Source of the DNA: Parasitella parasitica NRRL 2501
Lineage: Eukaryota; Fungi; Mucoromycota
Reading direction: 5' to 3'
NCBI GenBank assembly: GCA_025201805.1
Contig: MU619389.1
Location: forward strand, 9,487-73,486
Length of the DNA: 64,000 nt
The notes below the pieces were generated by a model. It was not told where the DNA came from. It saw only the letters and a program-made list of their open reading frames with translations, and ran no database searches. Of this stretch, positions 62,411 through 64,000 are shown piece by piece. Position 1 is the stretch's first letter, and every line of letters begins with the position of its first letter. Position numbers and translations under genes: made by a program.

Positions 62411-63560
62411 TTAGGAAGCTTCATCAAAATAGGAGCCTGCTATAACTGTACTTTCCAATGGCTCAAAATTTGAAGTTTGACTAATTTCACTAGCTTTATC
62501 ATTCTTTTCGTTGTCGGCATTGCTTTGGTTGAGCTGTTTTTTCGTATTGTGGTATTTCTTGACAATTCGCTTTGCAATATAATCTCTTGATTTGTGTAAT
62601 AGAACCTGAAGGAAAAAGCATAATATGATAAATACTGAAATAGCCAGATACCATATAAATGCACTTGGACCAACACTCCAATCAAGAAATGAATAAACCC
62701 ACCATCCCTCTCTGTAACTAAGTTTTAGTAAAGTCATTAATGCTTGGATGTACACTTACACTGCAAATATAATAAATGTCAAGCACATGTATAACAATAC
62801 TGTACTAAAAACTAATAATATCACATTGATATGTAGAATCATTCGATTAAAAGTAACCTCTACAATCAATATAAATAAGGTAACAGCGTGCAATGATATG
62901 CTTATCCAGAAATCAATTGGAGATAAGTTTGCTATCAACTAATTAGCTCATAAACACCGCTCGATGACATTAATTAATAATACCATCAAAAAGTTTTTCT
63001 TTAGCCAGCAATGCCCAGAAAACCACTGGTGTTTGAATACTGCTACCTAAATGTTTAATATCCACAGCTGAGGCGCTCAAAACATTTGACATTTACTTGT
63101 AAACTATGATTGTATGATAAAGGTACACATATGCGTAATTTAATACGCAATGTTGATCCAGAAAAGAGGATGGCCTTTTGGACGACTGGTGTGGCCAGAG
63201 GTATTTTGCATGATGATAAGCGGTTGTCTATGCATATATATCAGTTAGATTCATCACAGTCGAGTCCAAGGCACTTACGACTAAATAGGCATGTAATCCA
63301 ATAAATGTCAGATCAGTAAAATAAGCAAAGAAATGCCTGAGCCCGCCCGTTTTCGCAGCATAGATGATATCTACCCACATAACGACCAGACTGTATAAAA
63401 CAAGAGGTAATCGTATGAAAAACAATGTTCTCGATGATACAAAATGAGAGGTAAGGGCTCTTTCAGGTTCAAAATGATCTAAGCCGAACCAATAAATTAC
63501 TCTGCTCGATGATTGATGAATGGGCTCATCCCGAAATACTAGCGTGTTGGTTCCTGTCAT
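62411..63560 (-). CDS. Multi-pass membrane protein (rolling-stone/FAR-17a-like fungal family)
   Basis: Multi-exon. YFTDLTFIGL.AY, VFWALL, SLHAV...IVE..FNR and WVYSFLDW. Confidence 0.75.
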
Positions 63561-63695
63561 AAATGATTTCTACTCAGAATCGAAAAGGCACGAAAAATCA
63601 GTGTTTTTATATGATATGTTTTTGTCTCCTATTTTTTATTTCGTATTCTAGGGAGGTATTTCGAGCAAACACAAATTGCTATAAATTTTTGTATA

Positions 63696-64000
63696 TACAC
63701 TAAATCCTGAAATTATTGGGACACTTACAAAAAAAAATTAGAGACAAAATTTAATTTTAAAATCAGACAGGAAAAATGAAATAATTCAAACATTTGGAAA
63801 AAAAAATATGGGACAAGAAAAGCTTAAAAAAAGGTGCAATAAAATGAAAATTATTCGTTCAATTTCAGAACTTTTTTATTACTATTAAACAAAATGGAAT
63901 TTGTACACGAAGACGGAAAGGGAAATGCATATAACGAAGAAGGCGAAGAAGTTGTTGTAATTGGAATGGAAGTAGATAATGATAATTATCCTCTCAATGA
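63696..64000 (+). mobile_element. Left end of a Tc1/mariner-like element (TIR plus transposase N-terminus), truncated by the window
   Basis: TA followed by cactaaatcctgaaattattgggacac (Tc1-like TIR). ORF from 63894 reads MEFVHEDGKGNAYNEEGEE...MEVDNDNYPL, resembling the N-termini of Mucorales Tc1-like transposases as I recall them. Confidence 0.6.

Overview
Intron-rich, AT-rich fungal genomic DNA. The short 50-70 nt introns and the transposase and orphan families point to Mucorales/Mucoromycota, which is an inference. About 21 protein-coding genes can be assembled: Nop13-like RRM protein, ZNF830-like zinc finger, PP2A B56 (Rts1), PfkB kinase, mitochondrial MDH, sugar-porter MFS, a 12.7 kb TRA1/TRRAP, a very divergent Hsp70-like protein, an acidic orphan, FAD monooxygenase, NDUFA4/MLRQ, Nudix hydrolase, AUR1, LTV1, BFR1-like, TVP15-like, arrestin-like, Ecd/SGT1, a divergent Sed5, a SAP-domain protein and a multi-pass membrane protein. 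There are three assembly gaps. The accessory intergenic zones hold Tc1/mariner relics, a cluster of excision-footprint-like motifs, a 39-bp mini-element and PD-(D/E)xK-like pseudogenes. The most notable items are: (1) a 775-bp fold-back at 40364-41138 made of two paralogous PD-(D/E)xK-like gene fragments fused at a natural palindrome, with nearly identical outer arms, a candidate hairpin-RNA/siRNA locus; (2) an intact four-exon, 317-aa Hsp70-NBD-like probable pseudo-ATPase at 29663-30807, surrounded by possible SEL1-like relics; (3) three candidate structured non-coding elements near 50.5, 55.0 and 58.8 kb. All calls were made by eye, with no database searches.
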